Source: Kudoa neothunni
Taxonomy: Eukaryota > Animalia > Cnidaria
Reading direction: 5' to 3'
DNA: 64,000 nt
NCBI GenBank assembly: GCA_964304625.1
Contig: OZ199838.1
Coordinates: 9,751,541 to 9,815,540 of the forward strand
Shown: positions 24,215 to 38,938 of the stretch, piece by piece
How positions within the stretch are numbered: position 1 is the first letter of the stretch
Layout: the number at the start of each line of letters is the position of its first letter
Position numbers and translations under genes: made by a program
The notes under the pieces: generated by a model
The model's input: only the letters and a program-made list of their open reading frames with translations
What the model was told of the DNA's origin: nothing
Databases searched by the model: none

Positions 24215-27200
24215 TTAAATGTAAGGGACTGCTGAGAATATAGGACAGACCGTAACAAATATTATTAAATATTTATTAAAAAAAGTTCGATTTCATTTCT
24301 ATGGTTGCCATGATTTCTTTGTATTCTGCCATTGTCAGATCATAAGAGTGTTTTTCAAAAAATTCCGCTATCTAAAAAATAGGTTAGTTTCAGTTATATA
24401 TTGAAATGATGAATAAAGACCTCATCCTTAATAAATACGGAATTGGTAGTAGTAACAACTGTGTAGAATAACTCGCTGAGTATTCGTTTATTGTTGTTAA
24501 ACCTACCAATGGAACCTGAAAAGTGCTCAAATGAATTAAAATCCACTTGAACGAGATTGCTTGCCAATTTTTCCTCAGATAGCTCCACATCATTTTACGT
24601 CCGTTAATGCTCAACGAAGCCGTTTTTAAAAAATCCGATAGATATTTGTCTGGAATAAAGTCATAGTAAATGCTTGCATCAAGGTATCTAGATAAAATAA
24701 AAATGAGCAGAATTAGTTGATGCAAACTTTAAAATTTGGTTCCGATCCTTAACTTGAGCAAGTGAAAGAATGATTTCCCTCAAAATAACTTCGTTATCAA
24801 CTTCGAGTTTTTTTCTTTCAAGAACTTCATAAAGAACTTGATTCCCATGCAGAGCAACTGCTAGTAGCATGCTTTTAACAATTTCGAGACCATACCTATT
24901 ATTGGTAAATAGCCTATAAACTTAAAAAAAAACTTGGCATTATTTTTTTCATTTTTCCATTGATCAAACAAATCAAACAGAAAAGTTAAAATCTTAGGAC
25001 ATCCGAATCTGACGCATTTGTTAATGATGACTCTTTGAAGAAAACTAGAAAATCATGCTTATAAATGACTTTCTTCCGATAAAAAAATAAAATCACTATT
25101 TATCAAGTTGATTAGCTTCAACTTTATCATTTAATAATTTCACATTTTCATATTTATCAGCCAGCAACTTTATGTAAGGTAGCTATTCATATTGTTAACA
25201 TACTGGGAACTGTTTCGGTGTGGTTACAATGAATTCAATTGAATTTATCTTGTCGTTATGGTTGTGCCAAAATTCATCCATATATATAATTAGCACAGCG
25301 ATGACATAGGGATCAGTTTCATTACGCATAACATTTATCAAATCATACATGTCGGATGCTGGACTGTAATCGTTTCTATGCTGAGATCAATATAGTCAGT
25401 ATCTTAAGAATTACTTAGACAGACGATCCATATCAGAAATAAGAGTGTGTTTCTCGATGGGCGTCAAAATCTATTAAATTCAGGTACAAAGAATACCAAT
25501 CAGTTGAGAATACACTGGGGTTTTCCTTTAAAGCTAATAAGAGACTTTTCCAAAGTGAACTCTCATAATAGGAAACATAGGGCCCTATTCTATCTTTATT
25601 GATCATAATCCATGTAATATTCCCTTCCATTTGGTGATATTCTATTTTTAAAGAATTAAAAATTAATATTCAATTTGTTAATCACGTATTTTTTTTGTCA
25701 GCCCATATAACTCCCTCCTTTATTTTGTCGTGCCCATCGTATTTCACTTTATAAAATATTGGTGTCGTCCATTTTTTATTATTTTCATCCCCACTTTTTT
25801 TTTGAAATAAAAAATGGAATCACATACTATAAATACTATAAAAAATGAATAAATTTTCATTCTGAACTCAGATGAGGAAATCTTTAGAACGTTTTTACTG
25901 TAATTAAAAGGTAGACTTGCGTTAACCGTTATAAATCCAGAATTGGATGTCCACGTTCGAATCATTTTAATTATATTGGGATTTTTGAAATTCTAATTTA
26001 TTAATTTCATTAAAAATATAAAGAATTTGTTATGATACTCGGTTCAATAATAAAATAAAATGATTGGTCGTGAAAGTTTTGAAAGCAAATTTTCTCAAAA
26101 ATTTTCCTAAAAATTTTTCGAACCTTTTTTTACCAAGCACATGGGAGAGCATTCTTATTACAAAACACCCCTTTAATATAAATAGTGTGCGACTGAGTTA
26201 TAAACTAATTCGATTACCTTGAGCACTGACACATCATTAAATCCTAATGAAGGATAATTGTTGTATTCGTAGGAACGGACCACGGGAGATGTTGAACGCA
26301 TTTGGTCCATTTCCAGCAAATAATCATGCATTAAACCTGATAATTTTAAATATAACACTTTTGATTGAAGTGATGTAGATGGGTTGTAATCATTGAAAAA
26401 CAGTCCAAATCCTTCACTAAGCCAACAATGATTCCAAAATCTTGGAGTAGCATAACTTCCAAACCACTTAATTTTATTCAATTTAGCATTATTATGAATT
26501 TTAAAATACTTAAAATTACTTTTAGGGATACTTCGTACATTATTATTTTTGAATTCGTTATAATTTCTAGATCCGATTTTTCATCTAACAGTAGATTTTC
26601 CAAATCTAAAATTATTATTCCCAAGCCACCAGCTGTGCTATCTTTGAAACCAGAAACTCCCATTACATATAAATTTTGTAATGGAAATGGTGTTTTAGTT
26701 GCTGTTTCTATTGTTATTAAAGTTTTCTCTATCAGCTCCAACACATAGTTTTTTTCGATCTCAACAGATTCAGGTGATATCAAAGTAATCTACTCATTAC
26801 GGGAAGCATAGAAATTATTATAATTATTTAATGTATACCTGGAGTTTATTGAATGTATTGGTGGACGATGTTGTGGTAACGTAATCGTTTATCGTAAAAG
26901 CCAATAAGTATGTGCTTATTGGAGGAGTTCTCTCAAAAATCACCATCATTCTATTCTCTGGCATATTTTCCTATAATAGAATTATCTAGCTATTTAAGTT
27001 TAAAGTAGAAACCTTTTTGGAGATGGCCGTATTTGAAAACGATTTGAATAAAGACTTGTGAATAAGATGCAGCACCAACGTAGCTTTCATACGAGGTTCA
27101 TCAACACATGGAAATGCGTGTCTAGCATAGTTTGGCATTAACTTTGTAATTATTGCTTTTTTCGAGTTATTTTCTATTAATATAATTCCTTCATGTTTCA

Positions 27201-27765
27201 AAAAAACCTTTCCTTGAAAAACCACGTCCAGTACATAGGAATTCCAAAATTTCAACGAAGGCTTAAATTTAATCATGTATTTGTTTTTATTTTTATTAAG
27301 TAAACATATTTTTTTAATTTTCACATCATTAGTCGTATACCCTACGTCATTTAGTAGATTATTCGCATCGCTTTTTTCTTTCGTCCTGATATTTATATCA
27401 TGCAAAATATTACTTGCCGAATAGATTGCAATCGATTCGACATTTTTTGTTGAAATTGGGTTAAACATTATTTGCACTCTTCCGCAATATTCTTGGAGAT
27501 TATCATCAAAATCGTATGTTAAATTATATGAAGTAACAGTTATTTTGGAATTTATATTTGAGAATCTCTTACTTACTTTCCGACTCATATTATTCGGCCG
27601 TTTGCATACACTCAATTCGTTTAATATCTTATTGAAATTTGTCTTTTTGCATCGAAGGTTACTTGAAGAGCTTTCATTTTTGTTTTGAGTGTATTCACAG
27701 TACAAGGAGAGAAAACTTCCATAAGAATGCAAAATTAATAAAATTACATTGACCAGAGTAGTCAT
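24215..27765 (-). CDS. M1 aminopeptidase paralog A, predicted catalytically dead
   Basis: Signal-like N-terminus, PNYARHAFPCVDEP, WFG...WLSEGF, ERAP1-C-like exons. GAMEN replaced by STAGG, HEXXH by YEVSL, catalytic Tyr by Val. Possible 1-nt frameshift near 25840. Confidence 0.85.
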
Positions 27766-28885
27766 TTCAAAATTTTGTCCAGGATTATTTAATAAGACCG
27801 ATTTTCCTAGCTACTATCTTAATATCGTTAGGGTCGCGTTGGTTTTTGATAATTTATTATTATAAAAACTGCATAAACAATATTATAGATAAAATCTTCC
27901 CTCATATTAGAAATTCCTACACCAATTTTATATACTTAAATTACTTTTGTAGCTCGTGGTTATTTTTAAAAGTTATGAATAACTTTTAAATTTTGTAAAC
28001 ACCTAAACAACCAATTAATTAGTTAAATTTTTATCTAACCCTAATTCTTAGATATAGTAATTGTAACAATTAAATATATTATTAGTTATATCGAAGTGAC
28101 TGGATTACTTAGAAATAATATGCATAAAATTTAAAAGAATTAATTAAGAGTTTAAATAAAAATTAAATCACCGTTGGTATAGTTTAATAAATAATATATC
28201 AATAACTAATATTGTTTCCAATATTTCGTATTAACATTATCTTTAAAATTAACCAGTAATTGTATTTAAAATATGTCTCCTAGTAATATTTACGTGATAC
28301 TTTCAAGCGCTAATGGCTGTGTATAATTATATAATGCTAACCTTCAAATATAAATTTAGAATTAAATAATTTATATTTATCGCTTTATTTTTAAGATTTT
28401 TTAGATAATAAATATGTTTTAGTTTAATTAGCAGATTATCAGTAATGCTGGATATTTAATGAAAACGAAATTAGGCTAGAAAATAGTAAAATATAATAGA
28501 ATTCGAAATACATTAAAAATTTGGCTAAATTCATTAGGGTTAAATCGTATTTCATTTTTAAAGAATGTTTACGTTGTGATTTCTTTGTAAATTTAGGGTA
28601 TTTATTTAAATTTATACCTTATATAATTTCAAATTTTTGACCAAACTGGCATCAATCGAAAATTAAGAACATTTAATTTACAGGTTTGATTTAGGATGGT
28701 TATTTTTTCATGTTATTACGACAAAAAAATACAAATATATTATTTTTGATTAAATACTAATCATTATTTATTTATTTATTTCCAATAGTTTGTTATTGGG
28801 TATAACTATGTTCATACCTGATTACCTTCTAAATAAAGCAAATATTTTTGCAATTAAAATATATAAGCGGATAATTTTTATGATC

Positions 28886-31800
28886 CTAATATTTGTTCTC
28901 TCTCGTTTTAATAGTCTCCAAAATTTTTCGGTACTGTAGAGCTGGTAAATAATATGAATGTTGTTCATAGAATTGCTTTACCTACACAATAAAGCTCCAA
29001 TAAGTAAAAATCTAGTGAAATAGCGTTATACCTCTTCTTCTATATTTTTGGAATTAGATGTTGTGGTGACTGTGTAGACGAGCTGGCTTAGAACGAGAAT
29101 ATTATTGTTGAATCTATAAAGAGCTTTCAGTAAAATGAACCAATAATTTTACTCATACTTGTTGACAATTGTCTCCCAATTATTTCTGACAAAATCCCAC
29201 ATAATTCTACTTCCACGAGGAGTAGAAGAAGCGGTTTCAAGGAATGCTCTTAAATATTTTCGCGGAACAAAATTATAGTAAATGCTTCCATACAAGTATC
29301 TAAACAGCGTGAAAAAATTCTCAAATAAAAACAATTGCGACTTAAATAGAGAATTTTCATTATTTATTTTAGCAAGTGCGAGAATTAATTCTTCCAGCAC
29401 TTTCGAATCTTTCATATGTATTTTTTTTCTCTCAAGAATGTTTTGATGAAACGAATCGCCATGCATCGAAGCTGTTAACATTATATTTTTAAGCTCTTTA
29501 ATATTATACCTATTGATTCATCAAATTAAAACATTTAAATATAAAAATAATACCTATTGTTGTCATTATTGCTACCCCATTGAACAAGTAAATTAAACAT
29601 GGATTTGAGGACGCGAGGGCAACCATGTTTGACACATTTTTCAATAATTACTTGTCGCAGAAAACTAACAACAAAAAACCATTACATTTCATAATCATCC
29701 TTGATAAAAAATTACAGTAGGTCATATGTGCTATGATTAGTTTCAACTATTAACTGCGTTACCTTGTCATATTTATCTTTAAGGAATGCCAAGTAGGTAG
29801 TCTGAAAATTACACTAATAAATTTATATCCAGCTCTGTTTAATCACTTGTTGGTTAATTGAACTAGTAAAGGTTTTATTATGATCGGCATATTTATCCAT
29901 GTATTTAACCAGAGTAGCAACCACATAATGATTCTTTTCAGCAAGCATAACATTTATTAGGTAATACATAATGGATGGAGAAATATATTGGTTTCTATGG
30001 AGAGAAAATATTTCAGACAAGTTGAAAAATTACTTTGCCAAACGATATGTATCTGAGATGAGTGAATGTTTCTCAATAGGTGATAAAATCTAATGATGGA
30101 ATATGACGAAATTTAATAGAAGAATAATACATCCGAATTTTTATCAAGAGCTGAAATGAGTGAAAGGTAGAGTGTTTCTTCGTAATGAGAGACATAAGGT
30201 GCTATTCGATCTCTGTTGATGATAATCCATGAGATATTGCCATCCATCTTAAAATTTTCTATTTTTTAAGTCTTATCATTGTGAAGTTTTCATAGTGTAA
30301 TACGTGATACACTATTGATCCACAACACTCCTGTTTGAACTGTGTCGACACCATCATATTTAACCTTGTAGAATATGGGGGTTAGGTGTTTTCGATAAAT
30401 CTTTCCACTTTATAAAATAAATAAAAGCTCTACAACTTTGTTGTATAACTAATCATACTATATTATGTTATCGATTTCTTTTAGAAATCTACTTTGCGTG
30501 ATTCTAATGATATTTCTCTGCGATGAAGTGGGTAAAGAGACTTCAAAACTCAGCAAACCAGGGTATGCTGTCCACCAAATCACCATTTTTCCAATTTTAA
30601 TGTTATCACTGATCTACTCATAAATCGATAGGGGAAGTAATATTTCATGATGTTACTTCGGTCATTAATGTAACGAAATCATTAGTCAGCACAGATCCGT
30701 AAGAAAATTTTCGGAAATATTCCTTTACCAATCTAAAAAACTCACCTTCACCAACAGCTTCATATATCATCCTAAAAATGGCACTACCCTTTACCAATAA
30801 AAATTTTAAATCAATTAAATATAGTTTGAGTAGCTTACCTTACGATAGCTTCGTTCATTATAACACACAGTAGGAAAATAATTTGTTGATTTAGACATTA
30901 TTAGAGGTCTTGCTCTCATTGATGCATCCATATCCAAAAGTAAATCGTAATTAAACCTTTGAGCTTTAAAGTATGTAGTCTTATACGGAAACAATCTATT
31001 GTAGATGTATTCATGGAAGAACGTAGCCAATCCTTCACTAAGCCATATGTGATTCCATCTTTTTGGCGTGACATTATTTCCCACCCACTAACAACATTGG
31101 TTTAATTTAATTTTGGAGTTTATGTTAAAACACAATATGATCTTAATGTAAAAGTAATAAGTTTACTTGGTTGATTACACCGTGTATGATCAGTTTTGTA
31201 ATGTGAAGAATTTCATTTTCGTCCTTGTTCATTAACGACAGATGGTCCAGATCGATAAAAAACAATCCCCAATTCTCAAGAGAAACTTTGTGAAAGTCTT
31301 CAATTCCAATTATGTCCAATTTCTTCGGTTGATAAGTAATATTTGTAACAAACGCCATTATATTTAAGATTTGACTGACCAAAGAATATATATAATTTGT
31401 TTCGTGCGTGTTAGCCTTTGGTAATATAATTGTTAGCTGAATATTATATTTAGTACAGCATAATAAATATAACTTATTGCCTTGGCATTATTAATAGTAT
31501 TTATGGTGTAGGAAACGGTGAAATAATCGTTTATTGAGAATGCCAACAAGTGGGGGCTTAATGGAGGTGTTTCTTCGAATAGAACCAGTTTCTTATTCCC
31601 AGATAAACTTTTCTATATTTCAATCATAACCTATATTATTAAAAAAATAATAACTGTTTTAGAGATAGGTGTATTTGAATATGAATTGAGTGATGCAAGA
31701 TGAACTAATCGTAACACAAACCTTGCCTTCATGCTAGGGTCATCAAAACATGGGAAAACTTCTCTCGCGTGATTAGGATGAAACAGCGAAATTAGAGATG

Positions 31801-32407
31801 GTTGGGATTTGTTAGTGCCTTTAGACTGGTTCATCACTTGAATTCCATTTCGAAGCAATCTGGTATTTCCTTTGAAGCTAATATCCAGGATGTATGTTCC
31901 ATTGAATAGCAATTTTTCAGTGAACCCGATCATATGGTGGCCAAACTGCTTGTTAATAATACAGATATGTTTTATTCTGATAATATAGTTAGAAGAAACC
32001 ATAATTCTTGGCGTGGATTCATTTTTTATCGCTTTAACAGACATTCTAATTAACTTGTGGATCTTGGAATGGAAGACAATATTATGAACCCCATTTGGGT
32101 TCAGCACTCGAAAAAATATTTTTACTCGACCACAATACTTTTTTAGGTTGTTACTAAAATCGAACTTAATACTATATTTTTGAACTTTTATGTTTGCATT
32201 CCCATAAGCGAAATCCTTCTTACTCCTCCACCAATTCATATGTGACAATTCGCATACATTTGGTTCTTTCATATTTTCAAAAGAGTGCTTGGAATCACAT
32301 TTTATTTTGTCTTGTTCCTTGGAGCTGGCTCGCGAAAAAACTCCATTAAACTTTGCGATATCATCACCAAACCACATCAGTAATAGAAACATATTAAAGG
32401 ATATCAT
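28886..32407 (-). CDS. M1 aminopeptidase paralog B, predicted catalytically dead
   Basis: Signal-like N-terminus, AREVFPCFDDP, VSLENWGL, HGVINQ|WVGN...WLSEGL, SYRK|GSA. Same exon structure as A/C/D; ends ETIKTRENKY*. Confidence 0.85.
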
Positions 32408-34072
32408 TTAAACTGTTAGCTTTTCGATATTTACAAAAATACGCAGAAAGAATTATTATCTAACGCACGAACAGTAATACACAATATTCCTTGTGAGTTA
32501 TCACGAAAATTTATCTTTTTATATTTTTTATCGTTATTTTGGTTAATTATTAATTCAATATTTTATATGATAAAACGTTAATCATATCATTAAGCAATAT
32601 TTTCAAATATTAATTCTTAGTGTTATATAGTCACTCCATCGAGAAAGCACGGCTTAATATTTCTTAAATGAACACACTTTATTGTATATTTAATTAAGCT
32701 GATATCAGACAGTATTTAATTGTTGAACAACATAATCATAATAACATGTCTGATATCCGTAATAATCAAATAATAAATGTTTTATTTATTTAAAAAAAGT
32801 TTAATATCGATATATATCGTTTTATATGTCCAAATCTAACATCGATGCAAGTTCATCATCTGTATTGATAATTTTGTAACGATTTTCTAAGACTATTTTC
32901 AAGTAACTGGTTTTTATTTCGTAGAAAAATGATATTCATTTATTTTATTAACTTAAATTTTTTATAAACAGATGTGGAATATATTTCAAATTGATAATAT
33001 TTTATTATTGATGCTTGATTCTTAAAAGAAATTTGAGTGTTTTCAGCCTAAATAGAATTCGATTATTTTAAAATATTCTGATTTGTTTACAAAACATACG
33101 AAAGATTCAGCTAACTCAATTTGCATAATGGTACAAGCATTTAAAATAAATCGCGTAAATTAGACAGTACAAGCGCATTAGAAAATAAGGCCTGAAAAGT
33201 ACTTTATCGAGGGCAAAATATTGTTTTCTTGTCCCAATCTATTTATGAATGGTATAAGTTGATCACAAATATATTTGAAATCATTAATTAATTACCCAGA
33301 TTAAATAATTAAACTTGGCTTCAACAAATGTAGACCGTAATATTCTTCTTAGTTGACACAGATTCCTTTTAGTTTATCTATGTAGGATTAATAATTCTTT
33401 CCTCAATAGATCTAAAGTTTTTATTGACCTCCTTATGGAAAATTTTTGAATCAGAGTGGCTCAATATATCAATAATTTCTAAATAAAAGCCAATAAGTTA
33501 GTTTGGCCTTGTTCAAATCTGTTTCTAAACATTTAACCGACGATGGGACCCAAGTCTGATTTGGTCGACCAATAATCCTTGAATCTTTGTGATATTAATA
33601 TCGATATTCGATTAAGAATTTCAATAGGTAGTTGAATTTCATCGATAGTTGCTCTAAATGAGTAACCAATTTCGGACTGCGTACCTGTTTGTTCCAGTGC
33701 AAACATGTTCAAATAATCTATATTTGAAAAATGGGTTGAAATATTGTATTTTCATGTCGTCCAAAAATATCAGTGTTTCAATGCCGTTGTTTGCTTCATT
33801 TTTTGGGTTCGTTTTCAAATTTTATCAATAGTCATCCTTCTTACCACTAGAACGGTATTCGGATACAATATCGTCACATTGACTATACAAAACGGAATTC
33901 GATTCATTTTTTAAAATCTGATCTGTTTGCATCTGAAAACATTAAGAGTTTTTTTCTAATTCTAATTCTTTTATCCTTTTTATCAATTCGCCGCAAAGAA
34001 TGCATACACATTAAAATTGATAGCCGAATGTTGCCAATGGGAAACATGGATTAATTTCACCTACAGTATAAA

Positions 34073-37000
34073 CAATCGAACCCCGATTATCCCAAAATAT
34101 TGGGACCTGGTATTTTCCTTTTGGATACTGAAATTTCAATTAAACGAAGTTTGGTGAATGCGCATGGGCGATGGTAAAAAATTGTAGGTTGGTTGCATAC
34201 TATATTTTTCATTATTTAATGATTATTTTATATTTAAAACGAATGTTCTACTATATATAAGTTATACTAGTTAATCAAATGTGAAAATATTAGTTTAAGG
34301 TACAGTTGTTCTAGATCCAGCGTAGTCGGCGCACGCGTACTACTGATGTGTGCTACCTTAACACCGCTGCGTCATATTTGAATGATACATGCTAGATTCT
34401 AAAAAATAGACTATTATTATTGATTTTTTTATAATTTCTTCTCAATATGGATATTGTGGATGTGCTAATAATGATGGTAAGAATAATTAAAGTAACAATG
34501 AGGGGTATTTTCCCAGAATTCTCCTTAACGATCCTTAGAATTTCCTTTTTAATTAATATATGCCTTATTGCAACAATTTAATATTAATTAATGATTGTTA
34601 CGACTCAATATGACCTAATAATGGGGGTGTTATAGGAAAAGCAGATGTGTGAACGAACATTGTTGAATTGGGTCAACTCCGTTTGTATATTGGTCTTATG
34701 AGGTCATTGTTAGTTTGTGATTAAACGTTCCAATAAATTTTATTTTTTATATTTTATTTCTCATGAAAAGATGTAAGGGAATTTGTCTTTACTCAAAATT
34801 TTTCTGTCTATTGTCAACATGATTACATTTCGAACATGAGATACTGTATTATCTACGTAGCGTTGTTTCTATTAATCAAGCATAAACTTAACCCTTTCAT
34901 GCCTATTGTGCGGTATACTGAACATTAACTTCTGCTTCGTTTAAAATGAACATTTAACTATTGTTTCACATTCGTTACAAAAACGTAATTTTAACTCAAT
35001 TAAATGTATAAAAATCGTTAATATTACATTTTTAAGAAATTTTATGTATAGTAAATTTCATTAACAATGTTCAATTCGCCATATCATGTTAGTCCTAAAA
35101 GTAATGTATTAATTTGTATACCGAATTATATTATTTTTTGGAACCACAATTTGTACAGTTACAATATGTTGTTGTTAATTAAATTTGACTCTTTAAATTT
35201 TAAGAAACGTATTATTATCTGAAATGATACGATTTTAAGTCTTGTCAGTAAACTGAACAACAGGAACACGTGGACCTATTTTTGGACAATCGCAATGGAT
35301 TACGACATTTGTAACGATGAGGATAAAACTGGAAAAAGAACTTCGGAAATTATAGTGCTACCTGATGTCGATATATTCGAACCGGAGACATATTCTGAAG
35401 ACGATACAACATTTACATCATCAATATTGAACAAATTTTCAGATGCGAAAGAATGTTCATCATCCGATGATTCTGACGTTGAAATTGACACTGGCCTTCA
35501 ATGGAAGAAACAATATATAAATTCAAATTTACCAGAGGAATTGTGCAAGTTAAATGACGAATTTGAAAAGTTAGATCATTTAATTCACCCCATCGATTAT
35601 TTCAACCAATTTGTTGATGATTATTTGTTTGAATTAATTGTAAACGAATCAAATCGATACGCCATACAAAATAATTCGAATTTCAAGACAAACGGTTTAG
35701 AAATTAAAATTTATTTGGGAGTCATAATTTTAATGGGGATTGTACGGAGGCCTCGTTATCGATGCTATTGGCCCAACCATTTCAATTATTCACCTATTTC
35801 GGATGTCCTTTCTAGAGACAGATTTGATCAACTTTCAAAATTTCAACATTATAATAATAATGACAATGCAACTAACGATCAGTCTTCCCAAACGTTTGAT
35901 CGGTTTGTCAAAATTAGGCCTTTTTTGGAGCACTTGAAGCAAGCATTTTTAAAATTCACTCCAGAGAGCATAAATTCAGTCGACGAACAAATGATTCCCT
36001 TTAAGGGTAAGTGCCGGGCGAAACAGTATATATCAAATAAACCGACCAAATGGGGCTTCAAAGTTTTTGCTAGATGTGGAATAATGCATGATTTCAATTT
36101 TTATGATGGAAAATCGTCCGTTGTACAAGAAAGCTGTGGTTTGGTTTCCGGAGATTTTGTAATAAAATTATGTGAACAACTTCCAAACAATAGGATGTAT
36201 CTATTGTATTTCAACAACTGGTTCACATCATTCCGGATGCTACTTATATTGAAAAGGGGGGATATGTTTGGTGGGAACTATTAGAAATAATAGAATTAAA
36301 GGATGTCCTTTACTCGGTAAAAAAGATTTAATGAAAAAAGGACGTGGCTCATTTGATGTTGCTCAAAGCTCTAATGATGCGTTAATATTAACTCGATGGT
36401 ATGATAGCTCTGTTGTGATTTTATCATCCGCTCATTCTGGTAGTGAACCTCTAACAACTGTAAATAGATATGATAGGCGACAAAAAACGCGTTAAAGTCG
36501 ATTGTCCAGCTGTTGTATCGGAATATAACAAAAACATGAATGGTGTTGATTTGTCCGATATGCTAATGTCACTATGTAGGTTAAACCATAAATGCAAAAA
36601 ATTTTACATGCGGATATTTTTTGGGGGCATCAACACCGCGATCACTAAATCATGGTTATTGTATCGGAGGCAAAATTCCATGACTAATGTAAACAAGAGT
36701 AAAGTTCTTGATTTGCTTTCGTTCATGTATTCAATCTGTGAATCATTATTGTATAAAAACCAAACATTAATACAAACTCGCAAACGTGGTCGTCCGGTTA
36801 ATGATTGTAATTCACAAAAAGTAATGGAATCTACTATATCGAAACGCAAGAGAAATACTCTTTTATCAGATCACATTAGATATGATAATGTCGGCCATTT
36901 GCCAGAGGTAGTATCTACGCCAAGTAGATGCAGAAGTTGTGGAAGAAACACTCAAATAATTTGCTTAAAATGTGGCGCCCCTTGTTGTCTTGTAAAAGGC

Positions 37001-37508
37001 AGAAATTGTTTTTATGTGTACCATAATACTTAAAATTATTGTTTTATTGATAACTTTATCTGTTACTGTTATAATAATTCGATTTTTTTTGCGCATTTTC
37101 TTTACCACAAAATCCCATTGTTCAGTCTACTGAACAAAACTTACAACTTAAAAATATTAGCCCAACAAAATTTCCCGCTACAAATTTTTATTTATTTAGT
37201 ATTAGAAGAATATATTGTATTTAAAAAAATTTTTTAAAGAATTAATTAAAATCCAGGCACGAAAGGGTTAAATTGAATAAATAACGAACATATGAATCAA
37301 AAAAATAGATGTACATGTCATTTTAACCAGACACTAATCCAGATTCTAAGGCATTTTTATCCGAAAATTCCAGCCAAAGGTGGTTTCGGATTGCCGTTGC
37401 TAAAATTTCGGTTAAACGAAATTTTTTATTTAAAACCTACCATATTTTCAAATAAATTTTAAAAAATCGTTCGGGTAACGCGATTTTCGGACAAACGGGG
37501 TTCGACTG
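34073..37508. mobile_element. Tigger/pogo-type MITE interrupted by piggyBac family 2
   Basis: TIR caatcgaaccccgattatcc at the left and ggacaaacggggttcgactg+TA at the right. Confidence 0.7.
34892..37267 (+). mobile_element. Near full-length piggyBac (family 2, PGBD3-like transposase 35295-37033)
   Basis: TTAA at 34888-34891 and 37268-37271. 13-bp TIR ccctttc(a/g)tgcct. Motifs SVDEQM, YFNNWF, GVDLSD and a C-terminal Cys-rich domain; two frameshifts. Confidence 0.95.
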
Positions 37509-38938
37509 TATTTGAAAATATGTTTTCCTTAAATTAATTCTTATAATAAAATTTGTTATTAGTATATGTGTGTAGTTTTTGATATCGTTGAAACCTCCAA
37601 TTTCTAAGATAAATTACCGAATATTGTAGTCTTTCAGCTACATGCCTCACATTGTGATGATCGTCCTATTGCTCTGGATATAACTGAAAAATTTTTGTAA
37701 ATGCTTATTATAAAATAAAATTAATATTAATGATATTATCTTAAAAAAAGATGGAAAAAATATAATTAAATAGTTATAATATTCATTAAAGTAAAATGTT
37801 GCCTTTTGGCAACATTGGGGTTCAAAGGGTCAACACATCACTTTTTAGTTAATTCAATGATAATGATGACTGACATGAATTTTCAACTAATAAATACAAG
37901 TTTCAATTAAAACTTTGTTTTCAAACGTTGTTTAACCCTCCGATGCCTGGACGTAGACAGAGTGTCCATTATGGTGGTTTTCTTAAAGTTTAATATCCTT
38001 TTTAAGTCTCTTAATATTTATATTTCTTGCAGTTTATTTCAATGAAATTTGAATTTCTTATATTAAATTCTAGCTAATTTTTTAAAGTATAAGATACATA
38101 AATCGTTGATTTAAAAAAAAGTTACGCACATGCCTGGAAATGGACACGCTGTCCAGCAAAGTGTGTTTTAAATTTACTATTCTAATAAAAGTTTTATACT
38201 ATTGATATTATACATACCGATTCTGAAAGAATCATTTTATATTTACAATTAAAGTTTGTCGGGTTAAGATGAGTTATAGTTGCACAAATTCTAAAAGGAT
38301 TGCTCATTTCCATGCGTTAAAGAGGATGACACTCCAGTATATCCCAATGGTGTTTTAAATATTTTATTATAAATTTCATAACAATGAGGTTTTGATAAAT
38401 TGAACTATTAAAGAAACTTAATTTAAAATTTTTTTTCTTATCTGAGCCTAAGTATCATTTTTGTGTATTCAATTGAGACAAGATGTGTCCACAAATTATC
38501 GTGGACTGTGCGATTATCTAGTCAATCACGGAGTTATCTTAGTTTTTCATATTTTCCCAGAAGTTTCTAATATATTCTCAAACTTTACCGATACGTCTAC
38601 GCTATTCTCCATTATTCTGGAATATTCTACACCATTTTTTCGATAAAACAGGGTTTTCGTAGGAGGTCATCAGCCTAACCATAAATAACGGCGAGGGTTT
38701 TATGTTTGTTTCATCAGAAGATTCTAATATAAGTTGATCCGAAAATATTGAGGAGACAGGCACAATTATTGATGGACCCATTAACGATAACTCTGATTTT
38801 GACGTCGATATAGAAGTCGAGGACTCATCAAACGTCATTCCTGCGAGGGAGCACAATGACAAGTATTATTCGCATCCACTCGAATCAAAAGGCGAACAAA
38901 TTATGAAGATACTTTTGGTATAAACTAAAGTTTTACAT

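Larger units (their letters stand above)
33300..37829 (-). mobile_element. Decayed piggyBac (family 3), outermost layer of a nest
   Basis: Minus strand 33500-33720 reads NMFALEQ...TIDEIQ..IEIL...FKDYWST...MFRNRFEQ. Terminus ccctttgaaccccaatgttgcc at 37829. Palindrome atgttgcc...ggcaacat at 37796-37815, echoed at ~34029. The other end was not found. Confidence 0.55.
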
